DNA from: a virus
Lineage: Duplodnaviria > Caudoviricetes
IMG/VR virus record: IMGVR_UViG_3300014206_000010
Coordinates: 1-64,000 of that record
Direction: 5' to 3' (one strand)
DNA length: 64,000 bases
In this document: positions 63,474 through 64,000 of the stretch, one piece after another
How the letters are laid out: every line of letters starts with the position of its first letter
How positions within the stretch are numbered: the first letter of the stretch is position 1
Made by a program: the position numbers and the translations under genes
Notes under the pieces: generated by a model
The model's database searches: none
What the model saw: the letters and a program-made list of their open reading frames with translations, nothing else
What the model was told of the DNA's origin: nothing

Positions 63474-64000
63474 TTATTTTATTATAAAAACTTTGCCTTT
63501 CAAATCATTATTAAATATTGGAGTCCAAACATAAATTAATTCTTTCTTAGCTCTGGTAATACATACATATTTAAGATTTTGTTCTTGCTCGTATTGCCAA
63601 GGTTGTGTTGCATATTTACTTGGTATAAGTTCCGGAGCTAAAAAGAATATGCGGTCATTTTCCAAACCTTTTGCTTTATGTATCGTACTTAACATTATCC
63701 CTTTTATATCATCTGAAAAAATATTATTGATTAATTTCTTCAATTCTGCTACAGTGTTTACTTGCTCACAAAGACATTCTATCACTTCCGTTTTTTGTTG
63801 CAATAATTCCATTTTAGGATGTAAACTTGGTCTTTTGAATCCTCTTTTTTCAAGTTTTCTCAAAAGTTTATTCTTTTCAAACTCAAGCATACTTTGTAAA
63901 CCGCTTAATGTTTTTGTTCCTGTTTTATTTATCAAACTCAAAATACCTTCTCCAATTTCTTTTCCTCTGATTTTTGATTTAATTTTATTTTTCATTAACC
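63474..64000 (-). CDS. C-terminal part of a second UvrD-like helicase (5' end outside window)
   Basis: 'STIHKAKGLE', 'EQNLKYVCITRAK'; frame open to window end. Confidence 0.8.
   Translation of the reverse strand, partial: LMKNKIKSKIRGKEIGEGILSLINKTGTKTLSGLQSMLEFEKNKLLRKLEKRGFKRPSLHPKMELLQQKTEVIECLCEQVNTVAELKKLINNIFSDDIKGIMLSTIHKAKGLENDRIFFLAPELIPSKYATQPWQYEQEQNLKYVCITRAKKELIYVWTPIFNNDLKGKVFIIK

Noticed and set aside
1-64000. Stop-codon reassignment (TAG=Gln or TGA=Trp, as in some Bacteroidota phages)
   Set aside because: Long genes are intact in code 11; TGA ends genes in ATGA overlaps (e.g. 53040, 36608) and TAG ends the gene at 62703; only one internal TGA was found
1-64000. Prophage context (integrase, att sites, host genes)
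   Set aside because: No integrase, repressor switch or bacterial housekeeping flank in this window; content is uniformly phage-like and on one strand

Overview
Strongly AT-rich 64-kb segment of a large lytic myovirus. Essentially every real gene is on the minus strand; the + strand ORFs in the track are antisense shadows. The host is very likely Bacteroidota: three promoters match TTTG-N19-TATCTTTG exactly, and gene starts are A-rich with no Shine-Dalgarno. The genome reads in the standard code. In transcription direction (64 kb to 1): (i) early/accessory genes, including a partial UvrD helicase, a macro-like protein, a TAGT-like glycosyltransferase, a lipoprotein lytic transglycosylase, HU and a DEDDh exonuclease; (ii) terminase large subunit; (iii) dUTPase, ferritin-like protein and NrdJ-like RNR, then a second UvrD helicase and a 5'-3' exonuclease; (iv) DNA-modification-like genes; (v) portal, fibre-like gene, lysis genes and MuF; (vi) a glycosyltransferase/deacetylase/ATPase/kinase-ART cluster embedded among the head genes; (vii) a Herelleviridae (SPO1/Twort)-like prohead protease, capsid, neck, sheath, tube, chaperones, tape measure, hub and baseplate module. 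Best finding: a circularly permuted (two-piece), highly reduced tmRNA gene at about 55.47-55.80 kb, with a 123-nt structured intervening segment and a predicted tag GKIIQMFPQQLRAVA. Also notable: a Trp-rich ~25-aa module shared by putative injected head proteins and early proteins; a dispersed candidate DNA-hypermodification pathway; and a 14-bp tandem duplication that separates an otherwise in-frame ferritin-like/RNR fusion. All family assignments come from motif recognition by eye; no database searches were run.
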